From the NCBI GenBank assembly GCA_001770205.1, contig MEQL01000007.1:124001-150685 (forward strand): a DNA stretch of 26,685 bases, given 5' to 3'. The stretch is from Bdellovibrionales bacterium RIFOXYD12_FULL_39_22. Its GTDB lineage: Bacteria > Bdellovibrionota > Bacteriovoracia > Bacteriovoracales > Bacteriovoracaceae. Positions 19,586 to 26,685 of this stretch are shown here, one piece after another; the stretch's first letter is position 1; each line of letters starts with the position of its first letter. The notes beneath the pieces were generated by a model. It was given only the letters and a program-made list of their open reading frames with translations. It did no database searches and was not told where the DNA came from. The translations under genes were made by a program, and so were the position numbers.

Positions 19586-20401
19586 GTGAAAAGAGCAGCT
19601 AAATTATTTGCGTCATTGGCAATTTTGTTGTCTGTAGGTTTGTTTGTCTCTTGCTCTTCCACAAAAGTTGAAGGAAATAATCAAGAACATTTGGTAATGG
19701 CCACCCTCTGGCTGCAAAATGCAGCGGAATATCGCGCTCTTTGCTATCAGGCCTTCAACTTAGCGTCAGAAAAAATTGAGTCCATCGCGGGCAAAAAAAA
19801 TAAAGAGGGCCGTCCACAGGCGGTTATTGTTGATGTCGATGAGACAATTTTAAACAATGGCCCCTTTTCGGCCGCGATGATTTTAAAAAATAAAAGTTAT
19901 GGGCCGGAGGAATGGAATAAGTGGGTGGAACAAAGCAGTGCAGAACCAATTCCTGGGAGCGTGGAATTTTTGCAATTGGTAGACAAAAATAAGATGGAAA
20001 TTTTCTATGTAAGCAATCGGATGGAGAATTCTCTGGGGCCTACGTATAAGAATTTAGTGGCAGTTGGATTTCCAGTAAAAAAAGAGAACATGATGTTTAG
20101 GGCCGCGGGTACCAGTGATAGCAAAATGGAGCGCCGTAAACTTATTTTAGATAAATACGAGGTTGTAATGTTAGTGGGGGATTCGATGATGGATTTCACC
20201 GAGGCCTTTGAGATGAAGGGAGTTGACGCTTCGTGGGAGTTAGCGGATAAAATAAGAAGTGATTTTGGTAATAAATATGTGGTAATTCCCAATCCGATCT
20301 ATGGGCCATGGGAATCTATGATTTATAATTTTGAACACGGGAAAAAGACAGAAGATAAAATTGAAGATAGATATAACCATCTATATCCAATGACGGAATA
20401 A
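19586..20401 (+). CDS. 5'-nucleotidase / class C acid phosphatase lipoprotein, e(P4) family
   Basis: Lipobox-like FVSC; AEYRALCYQAFNLA; DVDET; YVSNR; VGD...DF; PNPIYG.WE. Confidence 0.92.
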   Translation: MKRAAKLFASLAILLSVGLFVSCSSTKVEGNNQEHLVMATLWLQNAAEYRALCYQAFNLASEKIESIAGKKNKEGRPQAVIVDVDETILNNGPFSAAMILKNKSYGPEEWNKWVEQSSAEPIPGSVEFLQLVDKNKMEIFYVSNRMENSLGPTYKNLVAVGFPVKKENMMFRAAGTSDSKMERRKLILDKYEVVMLVGDSMMDFTEAFEMKGVDASWELADKIRSDFGNKYVVIPNPIYGPWESMIYNFEHGKKTEDKIEDRYNHLYPMTE

Positions 20402-20446
20402 TGTAAGAGAAGAAGTGGATTATTAATTTTTACAAAGGATGAAAGT

Positions 20447-21127
20447 ATGACAAAGTGGTCGTTAGTTTTAAGTATGCTCCTGGTTGGTTTGTTTATCAAC
20501 GCAGGCTGTACGCCGAAGAAAGCGGAGATAAAAAGTGAAGAAGATAAAACTTTTTATGTTGTGGGGCACATGTTCGGTGGCCGATTGGCAAATCTTAAGT
20601 TGAATGAAAAAGAAGTTGCCGCGATTAATTTAGGATTGGCGGATGCTGCTGCCGGCGTTAAACCAGCATTTGATGTCAACAGCTACCAACCAAAAGTTCA
20701 GCAAATGTTTCGTGATCGTATGAGTCAAGGTTCACAGTCAGAAAAAGATAAAGGGAAAAAATTCATTGAAGAATTTTTGAAAAAAGAGGCCGGATCAGTA
20801 CAAACAGCTTCTGGATTGGTTTATAAAGTTATCACTCCAGGGACAGGGAAAAACCCTAAAGAAACAGATACTGTAGAAGTCCATTATCATGGAACATTAA
20901 TTGATGGAACGGTATTTGATTCTTCTGTTGATCGAGGACAGAAAGTGGAATTTCCTCTAAATCGAGTTATTAAGGGCTGGACCGAAGGCCTACAGCTAGT
21001 TAAAGAGGGTGGAAAGATAAAATTAGTTATTCCATCTGACTTGGCCTACGGCGACGCTGGTGCTCCAGATAAAATTCCAGGGGGAGCAACTTTACTATTT
21101 GAAGTTGAGCTATTTAAGATCAAATAA
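20447..21127 (+). CDS. FKBP-type peptidyl-prolyl isomerase (FkpA/Mip-like), probable lipoprotein
   Basis: INAGC lipobox-like; TASGLVYKV, VEVHYHGTLIDGTVFDSS, VIKGWTEGLQL, LAYG, IPGGATLLFEVEL. Confidence 0.95.
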   Translation: MTKWSLVLSMLLVGLFINAGCTPKKAEIKSEEDKTFYVVGHMFGGRLANLKLNEKEVAAINLGLADAAAGVKPAFDVNSYQPKVQQMFRDRMSQGSQSEKDKGKKFIEEFLKKEAGSVQTASGLVYKVITPGTGKNPKETDTVEVHYHGTLIDGTVFDSSVDRGQKVEFPLNRVIKGWTEGLQLVKEGGKIKLVIPSDLAYGDAGAPDKIPGGATLLFEVELFKIK

Positions 21128-21169
21128 TTTGATCATTGTTTTGATTGAAACAATAACCAAGAAACAAAG

Positions 21170-21200
21170 AAGGCCGGGCATTTGCTCGGCCTTTTAATTT
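21170..21200. terminator. Probable intrinsic terminator between the convergent FKBP and HEAT-repeat genes
   Basis: aaggccgggc-attt-gctcggcctt stem followed by ttaattt; A-rich on the other side, so possibly bidirectional. Confidence 0.7.
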
Positions 21201-22129
21201 TGTGGGGTTTGTTGGCACTTGGTTCGTACTTCTGAAATGGCCTTGGTAGTAAGGAGCGTGCTATCACGAGAGGCGATATTAGATAGTATTTTTTCTAAAT
21301 CAGGAGGACAGATCTCTTGGAGAATAGGAATGGCCGCGGCCACCGTAAGTAGTTTGGGACTAGTTAGTAGAATTTTGTAATTATCTTTGGGCCAAGAACT
21401 TTTCATTTCTGCAAGGATTTTAAATCCCTTGGTAATGGCCTTAGAATCATCTCCGCGAATAATTTCTCGCTGTATTAGTTCAATGATTTTGGGATGAGTT
21501 GAAAAATTATCGATTAATATTTCTCGGGCCAGTTGAGAGTAGAGAAAGTTACCATTGGAAGCAAAAAAAAGAAGACTATTAAAGGCATGTTGTTTTACTT
21601 CGTTATCTTTATCAAAAAAAAGTAGAGTGCGGTAAAGCGCAACTTTTTCCAGATTGGATAGTGTTTCAACAGAGTGCTGTAACTCAATTACTTTTGCATA
21701 AAACTCTTCGGCCTGATGTCCACCTAACGCAATAATGGCCTCGGCGCGAACCATCTCATCAGAATCAGTGCGTAGTTTTTGAATGATTTCAAAAGAGTCA
21801 TCACTATCGTTGTACGCCATTGCCTTTGCTACTCCGGTGCGAATAATTGGAGAGTGGTGAGTGGCCAGTTTTTGAGCATTTTCCATGCACCACTTCTGAT
21901 CTTTTTTATAACAAAAAAATTGTACCGCAGAACTAATTAGCGGAGGAGGATAATGATCAATCTCTTTCAGTACTATGTAGTATAGCTCCCGGCGCTCCAG
22001 CTCTTCGGGGGTAAATACTATGTCTGGGCCATTAAAATATTTTTGATATACCCAAATGGTAATGAGGGATAAAAAAATAAAGGAAATTAAAGTGATGGCA
22101 ATGGTGGTTTGTCGCTTCGGAAATTTCAT
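21194..22129 (-). CDS. Membrane-anchored HEAT-repeat protein
   Basis: Basic N-terminus plus TM helix (TTIAITLISFIFLSLITIWVY); HEAT-like units HSPIIRTGVAKAMA, DSDEMVRAEAIIALG, DKDNEVKQHAFNSL; ATGA overlap with motB. Confidence 0.7.
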   Translation of the reverse strand: MKFPKRQTTIAITLISFIFLSLITIWVYQKYFNGPDIVFTPEELERRELYYIVLKEIDHYPPPLISSAVQFFCYKKDQKWCMENAQKLATHHSPIIRTGVAKAMAYNDSDDSFEIIQKLRTDSDEMVRAEAIIALGGHQAEEFYAKVIELQHSVETLSNLEKVALYRTLLFFDKDNEVKQHAFNSLLFFASNGNFLYSQLAREILIDNFSTHPKIIELIQREIIRGDDSKAITKGFKILAEMKSSWPKDNYKILLTSPKLLTVAAAIPILQEICPPDLEKILSNIASRDSTLLTTKAISEVRTKCQQTPQN

Positions 22130-23064
22130 TGGCCACTCCCTGAGTGGTTGGTATTGAGGTTAATATTGTTTGTAGTAGCATTCGTATTAGTATTCATGTT
22201 CGTGTCAATATCGGTATCAATATCGACATCCTCTGAAGGGCGTTGGGTGTCGGATTGATAAATTAGCCCAAGGCCCATCTTAAATCCCTTAGGGACTGGC
22301 TCACCTACGCGAATAACGACCCTTCGATTTTTGGCCATATTGGACAGATTTGGATTTCCGCGAACGTCGCGATTAGGGGCCAGGGGGCGAGAGTCGGCGT
22401 AGCCGATGGGGCGGATCTTGTCTGTATAGTGTCCAGCTTCATCAAATTTGCGGGCCACCATCGCTGCGCGTGCTGCACTTAGTTCCCAATTAGAGCGAAA
22501 ATATTCTTTGAGGCGGCCGGTTTGTGAAATAGGAACGTCGTCAGTGTGGCCTTCAATAACTAAGCTGAATTCTTTAGATTCTTTGACAATGGTAGAGACC
22601 AACTTTTGCAAAATAGATTCGGCGGAAGGAATTAGTTGTGCGCTCCCAGAAGCAAAAAAGTATTTATCTTTTAGCGTTAATTTGATCTCTTTTTCTTTCT
22701 GCGAAACTTCTATTGCCGCAGTAACATCCGGCATAGACTCAAGGGCCTGTTTAACGTTAGTAATACTTATTGAAGGATTGCTATTTGGATCTTTAATCGT
22801 TTTTGGATTTCCCTTAAGAATTGTTTTGGCAATTTCTTCCGCTGTCTGGGCGCTTTGGGCCGGGTCAAAATTAGCAAAGGCCATCATTAGCATAAACAGG
22901 CAAGCAATAAGACTCATCATATCTGCGTAAGTAGTTACCCATGATTCTGCCTCTTCACTATCTGTTTCTGGGCCAAAAGTAACCAGGGCATCATCACCAC
23001 CATCATCGTAGCTTTCGTCATCATTATCACCATCGTCATTGTGAGTGTAGTTGTCTTTGGCCAT
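22126..23064 (-). CDS. motB: Stator B subunit (MotB/PomB family) with OmpA-like peptidoglycan-binding domain
   Basis: WVTTYADMMSLIACLFMLM TM with conserved Asp; FASGSA; IEGHTDDVPI; SNWELSAARA; GYADSRP; KNRRV. Confidence 0.92.
   Translation of the reverse strand: MAKDNYTHNDDGDNDDESYDDGGDDALVTFGPETDSEEAESWVTTYADMMSLIACLFMLMMAFANFDPAQSAQTAEEIAKTILKGNPKTIKDPNSNPSISITNVKQALESMPDVTAAIEVSQKEKEIKLTLKDKYFFASGSAQLIPSAESILQKLVSTIVKESKEFSLVIEGHTDDVPISQTGRLKEYFRSNWELSAARAAMVARKFDEAGHYTDKIRPIGYADSRPLAPNRDVRGNPNLSNMAKNRRVVIRVGEPVPKGFKMGLGLIYQSDTQRPSEDVDIDTDIDTNMNTNTNATTNNINLNTNHSGSGQ
22150..22230 (-). repeat. Low-complexity D/N/T dipeptide tract at the MotB C-terminus
   Basis: Encodes DVDIDTDIDTNMNTNTNATTNNINLNTN; imperfect 6/12-bp periodicity (tcaatatcggtatcaatatcg). 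Confidence 0.55.
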
Positions 23065-23068
23065 TTAA

Positions 23069-23881
23069 CTAAAATCCTCGCTTAACAACTTTTTTCCAGT
23101 CGACACGATCGGCCGGCCGGAGGTAGGCATTTAAGATTTCTGCTAGTTCAACGGGGTTAGTCTTTTCATAAATAAGACGAACTCCTTCGGTGATAATGTT
23201 GTTTTTAAAAAATTGTTCTTTGGCCACCGTTTGTAAATTTTCTGCGATGGGAATAAGTAATAAATTGGCCAGTGCTGAACCATAGAGCGTTGTGATAAGA
23301 GCTATAGACATGGCAGGCCCAATAATTTTGGCGGCCTCAGGGCCGGAAAGATTTCCGAGTAGCACAATCATACCGATAGTAGTTCCAAGCATTCCGAAGG
23401 CCGGAGGAAATTTTGCCATGGTTTTAAATTTATTAGCATCACTTAAATTGTGCTGATAGATGTTGATAGTTCTACTTTTTAAAACGCTCATTAATTTTTG
23501 CTTGTTTAAAACTTGTTCCATAAAAGTTTGCATAGCATCACGTAAAAAATGATCTTCCAATTTATCTATCATTGTCTCAAGTTGTGAAGAAGCGGCGCGA
23601 TTGGCCTCGGAAAGCCTCATTAAGTCTTTAATGATACCGGTGAAGTCAGTTTTTTCATCTTTAATGACGCGCTTTAAAAAAATCACGATAAAAAGATACA
23701 TCTTGTCTAGGCGAAAACTTAAACTGGTTGCCGCCAGCGTACCACCGATGACGATAAAAATACTGGAGGCATCGTAGAACATTAAAAGTTCATTTAGGTT
23801 TTGATGAGGAGTGGCCCAAAGGAGGCCAACGAAAAAAATAGATGCCGAAAATAAAAGTGCTACAAAGGATAAAATTCCCAT
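23069..23881 (-). CDS. motA: Stator A subunit (MotA/PomA family)
   Basis: SIFIVIGGTLAA, PPAFGMLGTTIGMI, IGPAMSIALITTLYG...NL...PIA; directly upstream of motB. Confidence 0.92.
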   Translation of the reverse strand: MGILSFVALLFSASIFFVGLLWATPHQNLNELLMFYDASSIFIVIGGTLAATSLSFRLDKMYLFIVIFLKRVIKDEKTDFTGIIKDLMRLSEANRAASSQLETMIDKLEDHFLRDAMQTFMEQVLNKQKLMSVLKSRTINIYQHNLSDANKFKTMAKFPPAFGMLGTTIGMIVLLGNLSGPEAAKIIGPAMSIALITTLYGSALANLLLIPIAENLQTVAKEQFFKNNIITEGVRLIYEKTNPVELAEILNAYLRPADRVDWKKVVKRGF

Positions 23882-24037
23882 CTAAAAAATACTCCTGAGA
23901 AAAAAATTCCTATCTACTTTATAAAAATAAACTTCTCTCAACTCTATATTAGATATTGCGATAAGCAAGATGTAAAGCTCTCGCTGCTAATTGCATGAAG
24001 CGAGAAGTGGCAGAGGGCCAAGTGGCGGAGGTATTAT

Positions 24038-24685
24038 ATGAGTGATGGTGAAAATTTGGGTGCAAGACGAGATGGGATTATTAATTATCTGCAGAAGATA
24101 AAAAACTCCTTTAATGATAGAGAAAATCAGTCAGATAAAAAGAGTAATGAAATTGGCAAAGAACGATGGAAGTTTAATGAACTCGGTGAGCGCTTTAATT
24201 TAGTGGAAAAATTTTATGACTCTTCTGCTAGACTAAATTGGGCAAAGCATAGTGGGCGAGAATATGATGGCAAGGCCTTAGTACTAAGCGAAGCCGATTT
24301 TGATCAAAAGCAAAGTACACCAACCCTCTCAAGTATTGTTCCACATCATCATGAGGTTAAAAAAGTTCAAGAAGCGGTAGTCGAATCGGTCAAGAAATGC
24401 AAAGCGGCCTATCAGCAAAAAAAAGAGGGGGAAATTCCCTCTCCACCTTCTGGCCTTCTGGCCAGAATTCGGCAACACTATTTTCATGAACACGAAGAAG
24501 AAATGGTGGAATATGAATTTTCCTATGAAGATGGCAAGGCCGTAGAATTGGAGAAAAAGAAACTACCAGAGCGTAGCGAGAGCGAAGATTTGCAAATAAA
24601 AAATGCGATTAAAGAGATGCAGCGGGCCCGCAAGAAAAAAGCATCTGGAAAATTTGATCTTTCAAATATTCGTCCGTCTTTGTAG
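24038..24685 (+). CDS. Hypothetical, highly charged cytoplasmic protein
   Basis: 215-aa ORF with GGAGG RBS; no recognisable domain. Confidence 0.7.
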   Translation: MSDGENLGARRDGIINYLQKIKNSFNDRENQSDKKSNEIGKERWKFNELGERFNLVEKFYDSSARLNWAKHSGREYDGKALVLSEADFDQKQSTPTLSSIVPHHHEVKKVQEAVVESVKKCKAAYQQKKEGEIPSPPSGLLARIRQHYFHEHEEEMVEYEFSYEDGKAVELEKKKLPERSESEDLQIKNAIKEMQRARKKKASGKFDLSNIRPSL

Positions 24686-24708
24686 TATAAAGCTTCGGAG
24701 GTGTTTTT

Positions 24709-25554
24709 ATGAAAATGATCTCAATAGTATTAACTTTGGTAGCATTAAGGTGGGCGAATGTTTACAGTGGTGATGTCGAAGTTCCTTGTAATGCTGAAAA
24801 TTCTAAATCAGTTATTAGTTCAGTATTATTAAAAGTAGCAAGCTACTTTGAAAAACAAGCGCCGGCGCCTCAAGAGCAAATTAAATGCTCTCTCGTAATC
24901 AATCAACTAATATCGAAGTATCCCAACCGACATGTTATGTTGTCTGCCAAGACGAGTAAGAACGAAATAATTAGTGAGGGCCCCAAGATTCCTCTTGAGC
25001 AAACCACCATGATGTTAAATATTGAGTCGCAAAAACTAAAACAAACTGGCCAGGCAGCACAGATATCTATTAATAAAGAATGTGGGCCATCGGTGGAAGG
25101 AGGGCCCACAATGGATTGTATTCGCCTACTTGTAAACACCTTGCTTGAAGGAAATGAATCGTCTTCTATTCGACGACAATCATTATCCTTTGATCCGGGA
25201 CTTACAACGTACCACCGTATTTGGGTTAAAGATGAAGCCGGCCCCAGAAAGATTGGTTCAACACGTAATTTTTCAAATAGTGGAGAAGATAGTATAAATT
25301 CTAATGAGGTTATGTCGTTATCTGAAAGTATTTCAAAATTTGATCCTAGCGTAGTTGGCAAGGCAACTACTGTACTCGAATTATCGTTCTTCGATCCTAG
25401 GTTTTTATATGGGTTTAAAGAGGATACAAATTATAAAATTAAAATTCCGCTTGAATTAGTACTGAATAGCGTTAATGGATATCGTTATAAAAAAACTCTG
25501 GGATTTTCATTTACCGGGGAAGAAATTGACATGACTATATTTTGTCAAGAATAA
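24709..25554 (+). CDS. Hypothetical, probably secreted protein
   Basis: 281-aa ORF with GGAGG RBS; signal-peptide-like N-terminus; 5 Cys. Confidence 0.7.
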   Translation: MKMISIVLTLVALRWANVYSGDVEVPCNAENSKSVISSVLLKVASYFEKQAPAPQEQIKCSLVINQLISKYPNRHVMLSAKTSKNEIISEGPKIPLEQTTMMLNIESQKLKQTGQAAQISINKECGPSVEGGPTMDCIRLLVNTLLEGNESSSIRRQSLSFDPGLTTYHRIWVKDEAGPRKIGSTRNFSNSGEDSINSNEVMSLSESISKFDPSVVGKATTVLELSFFDPRFLYGFKEDTNYKIKIPLELVLNSVNGYRYKKTLGFSFTGEEIDMTIFCQE

Positions 25555-25596
25555 GGCCTAAATTAGGGCAAACAGAAAATTTTTCGAGACTCCGCT

Positions 25597-25902
25597 ATGA
25601 AGTTGCTACATTTTGGATTTATACTACTGTTGACGCCCCCTTTTTTAACTGCGGGGGATATTCTATCTTGTCTATACACATCTTTGTCTAATCAGGTCGC
25701 CAGATACACTTCTAACGAAAATCTTGCGGCCTATGAGCAATTAAAAAACTATATTTCGAATGACAACACTATTTTTATGAAGGAAGAGAGTTATGGGAGT
25801 GCGGATAAAGATTTTGCAGAACAAGCTAGGCTGGTTTTGCGCTGCGAAGACTCCCGGAGCAAATACAAAATATGCCAATCGATCTCAACGAGAGAGTTAT
25901 AA
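25597..25902 (+). CDS. Hypothetical signal-peptide ORF; possibly the N-terminal part of a frameshifted gene
   Basis: MKLLHFGFILLLTPPFLTAG; overlaps the next reading frame, which is open from 25830. Confidence 0.5.
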   Translation: MKLLHFGFILLLTPPFLTAGDILSCLYTSLSNQVARYTSNENLAAYEQLKNYISNDNTIFMKEESYGSADKDFAEQARLVLRCEDSRSKYKICQSISTREL

Positions 25903-26552
25903 AAAGAATTGGAACACTTTACAAAGATACGCAAAAAATAAATATGAATTGGACAGGACCCAAACGCTTCGTGGATGGCGTAATGTCATATCTTCTTAAT
26001 CCTCAGCAGACCATTAAGGTACGCGTTGACGCGGGGACATCTCCGATGAAGGCACTGGATTTGTATTTAAAAGATGTTAATGAGAATTTTCTTAAAGGAT
26101 CTCCTATGGGGGGATATGACTCCGAAGCACTATTGTCTACAGGACAAATATATCAAGATTTTATGCGCACACATTCTGCGACACTACCCGAAAATTTTTC
26201 TGTCACGATAACGGGAAGTTTTTCAAACGGCAAGGCAAACCTTGCAACATCGGATATTGACGTGCTTGTAACAGATCGCACATTCGAAAAATACTATAAG
26301 GATATTGATAAAATCATAAATGAAAGACTAAAACAGATGGGCCATGTCAATAGTCGACTAGAAACACATTCAACTCCGGATTCTTTTTCGTTGTATGATT
26401 TGGCTCAGGTAAATCCGGTTACAATAAAAATAACTAAAGACTCAATGACATTACAAATATTTCCTCCAATTACAGTCACGTCCCGCGACGTAAGTTTGGC
26501 TGGAAAGCAGTATCCATCACCTGATTTGTATGAGCTGTTTTTGCGCCCTTAA
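25872..26552 (+). CDS. Pol-beta superfamily nucleotidyltransferase domain protein
   Basis: ITGSFSNGKANLATSDIDVLV fits hGS-x(9-13)-DhDh. Confidence 0.75.
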   Translation: MPIDLNERVIKRIGTLYKDTQKINMNWTGPKRFVDGVMSYLLNPQQTIKVRVDAGTSPMKALDLYLKDVNENFLKGSPMGGYDSEALLSTGQIYQDFMRTHSATLPENFSVTITGSFSNGKANLATSDIDVLVTDRTFEKYYKDIDKIINERLKQMGHVNSRLETHSTPDSFSLYDLAQVNPVTIKITKDSMTLQIFPPITVTSRDVSLAGKQYPSPDLYELFLRP

Positions 26553-26593
26553 TATCGTACGGAAGTTGTGCAATAGTTGTTTTAAGTTCTCTA

Positions 26594-26612
26594 CATAGGT
26601 GATCGGTATTTT
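26594..26612 (+). repeat. 19-bp dispersed direct repeat, copy 2 (cataggtgatcggtatttt)
   Basis: Identical to 11671-11689. Confidence 0.8.
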
Positions 26613-26685
26613 CATGTTGCGTATAGGTTATGAGTTGGTCTGAGGAACAAAGCTGTTAAGGGGACATTTTGAGTGCGACAATCAA

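Noticed and set aside
21194..23881. Zorya anti-phage system (ZorA/ZorB)
   Set aside because: The A subunit is only 270 aa with no long ZorA tail, and no ZorC/D/E-like helicase or nuclease is adjacent; motifs are PomA/MotA-like
25555..25596. c-di-GMP-I riboswitch (GGGCAAAC seen)
   Set aside because: Only 42 bp available; the GNRA stem and downstream GCAAAG elements are missing
300..25999. Short antisense or alternate-frame ORFs in the track (e.g. 300-632, 14419-14778, 22448-22930, 24903-25361, 25793-25999)
   Set aside because: They lie within well-supported genes and show no recognisable motifs
25872..26552. CBASS CD-NTase or MNT-HEPN toxin-antitoxin
   Set aside because: No effector/Cap or HEPN gene nearby within the window, and the protein ends too soon after the motif for a CD-NTase C-lobe
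11671..26612. attL/attR of a 15-kb integrated element
   Set aside because: No integrase or tRNA, and the interval carries core genes (tyrS, recO, rnhA)
1..26685. CRISPR array, tRNA, rRNA, T-box upstream of tyrS
   Set aside because: No regularly spaced repeats or recognisable structural RNA motifs in any intergenic region

Overview
AT-rich bacterial chromosomal window of mostly housekeeping and envelope genes. Gene content is suggestive of a diderm of the Bdellovibrionota/Bacteriovoracaceae type (inference only). Order: 5'-truncated alpha-2-macroglobulin - pbpC - secreted M15 peptidase - M29 aminopeptidase; glgP - proC; a probable IS630 left-end remnant; an AAA_14/DUF4143-type ATPase and a NifU-C protein (minus strand); a minimal RecQ-like helicase - recO - GT2 - LtaS/sulfatase-family transferase; an MpaA-like amidase divergent from tyrS - rnhA - e(P4) phosphatase - FKBP PPIase; an orphan motA-motB stator pair with Na+-type residues coupled to a membrane-anchored HEAT-repeat gene; then hypothetical genes ending in a Pol-beta-type nucleotidyltransferase that may be a frameshifted secreted protein. 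Main non-gene signals: strong over-representation of the palindrome GGCC, and an exact 19-bp repeat in two intergenic regions about 15 kb apart. No rRNA, tRNA or CRISPR array was seen. All family calls come from motif recognition by eye; no searches were run.
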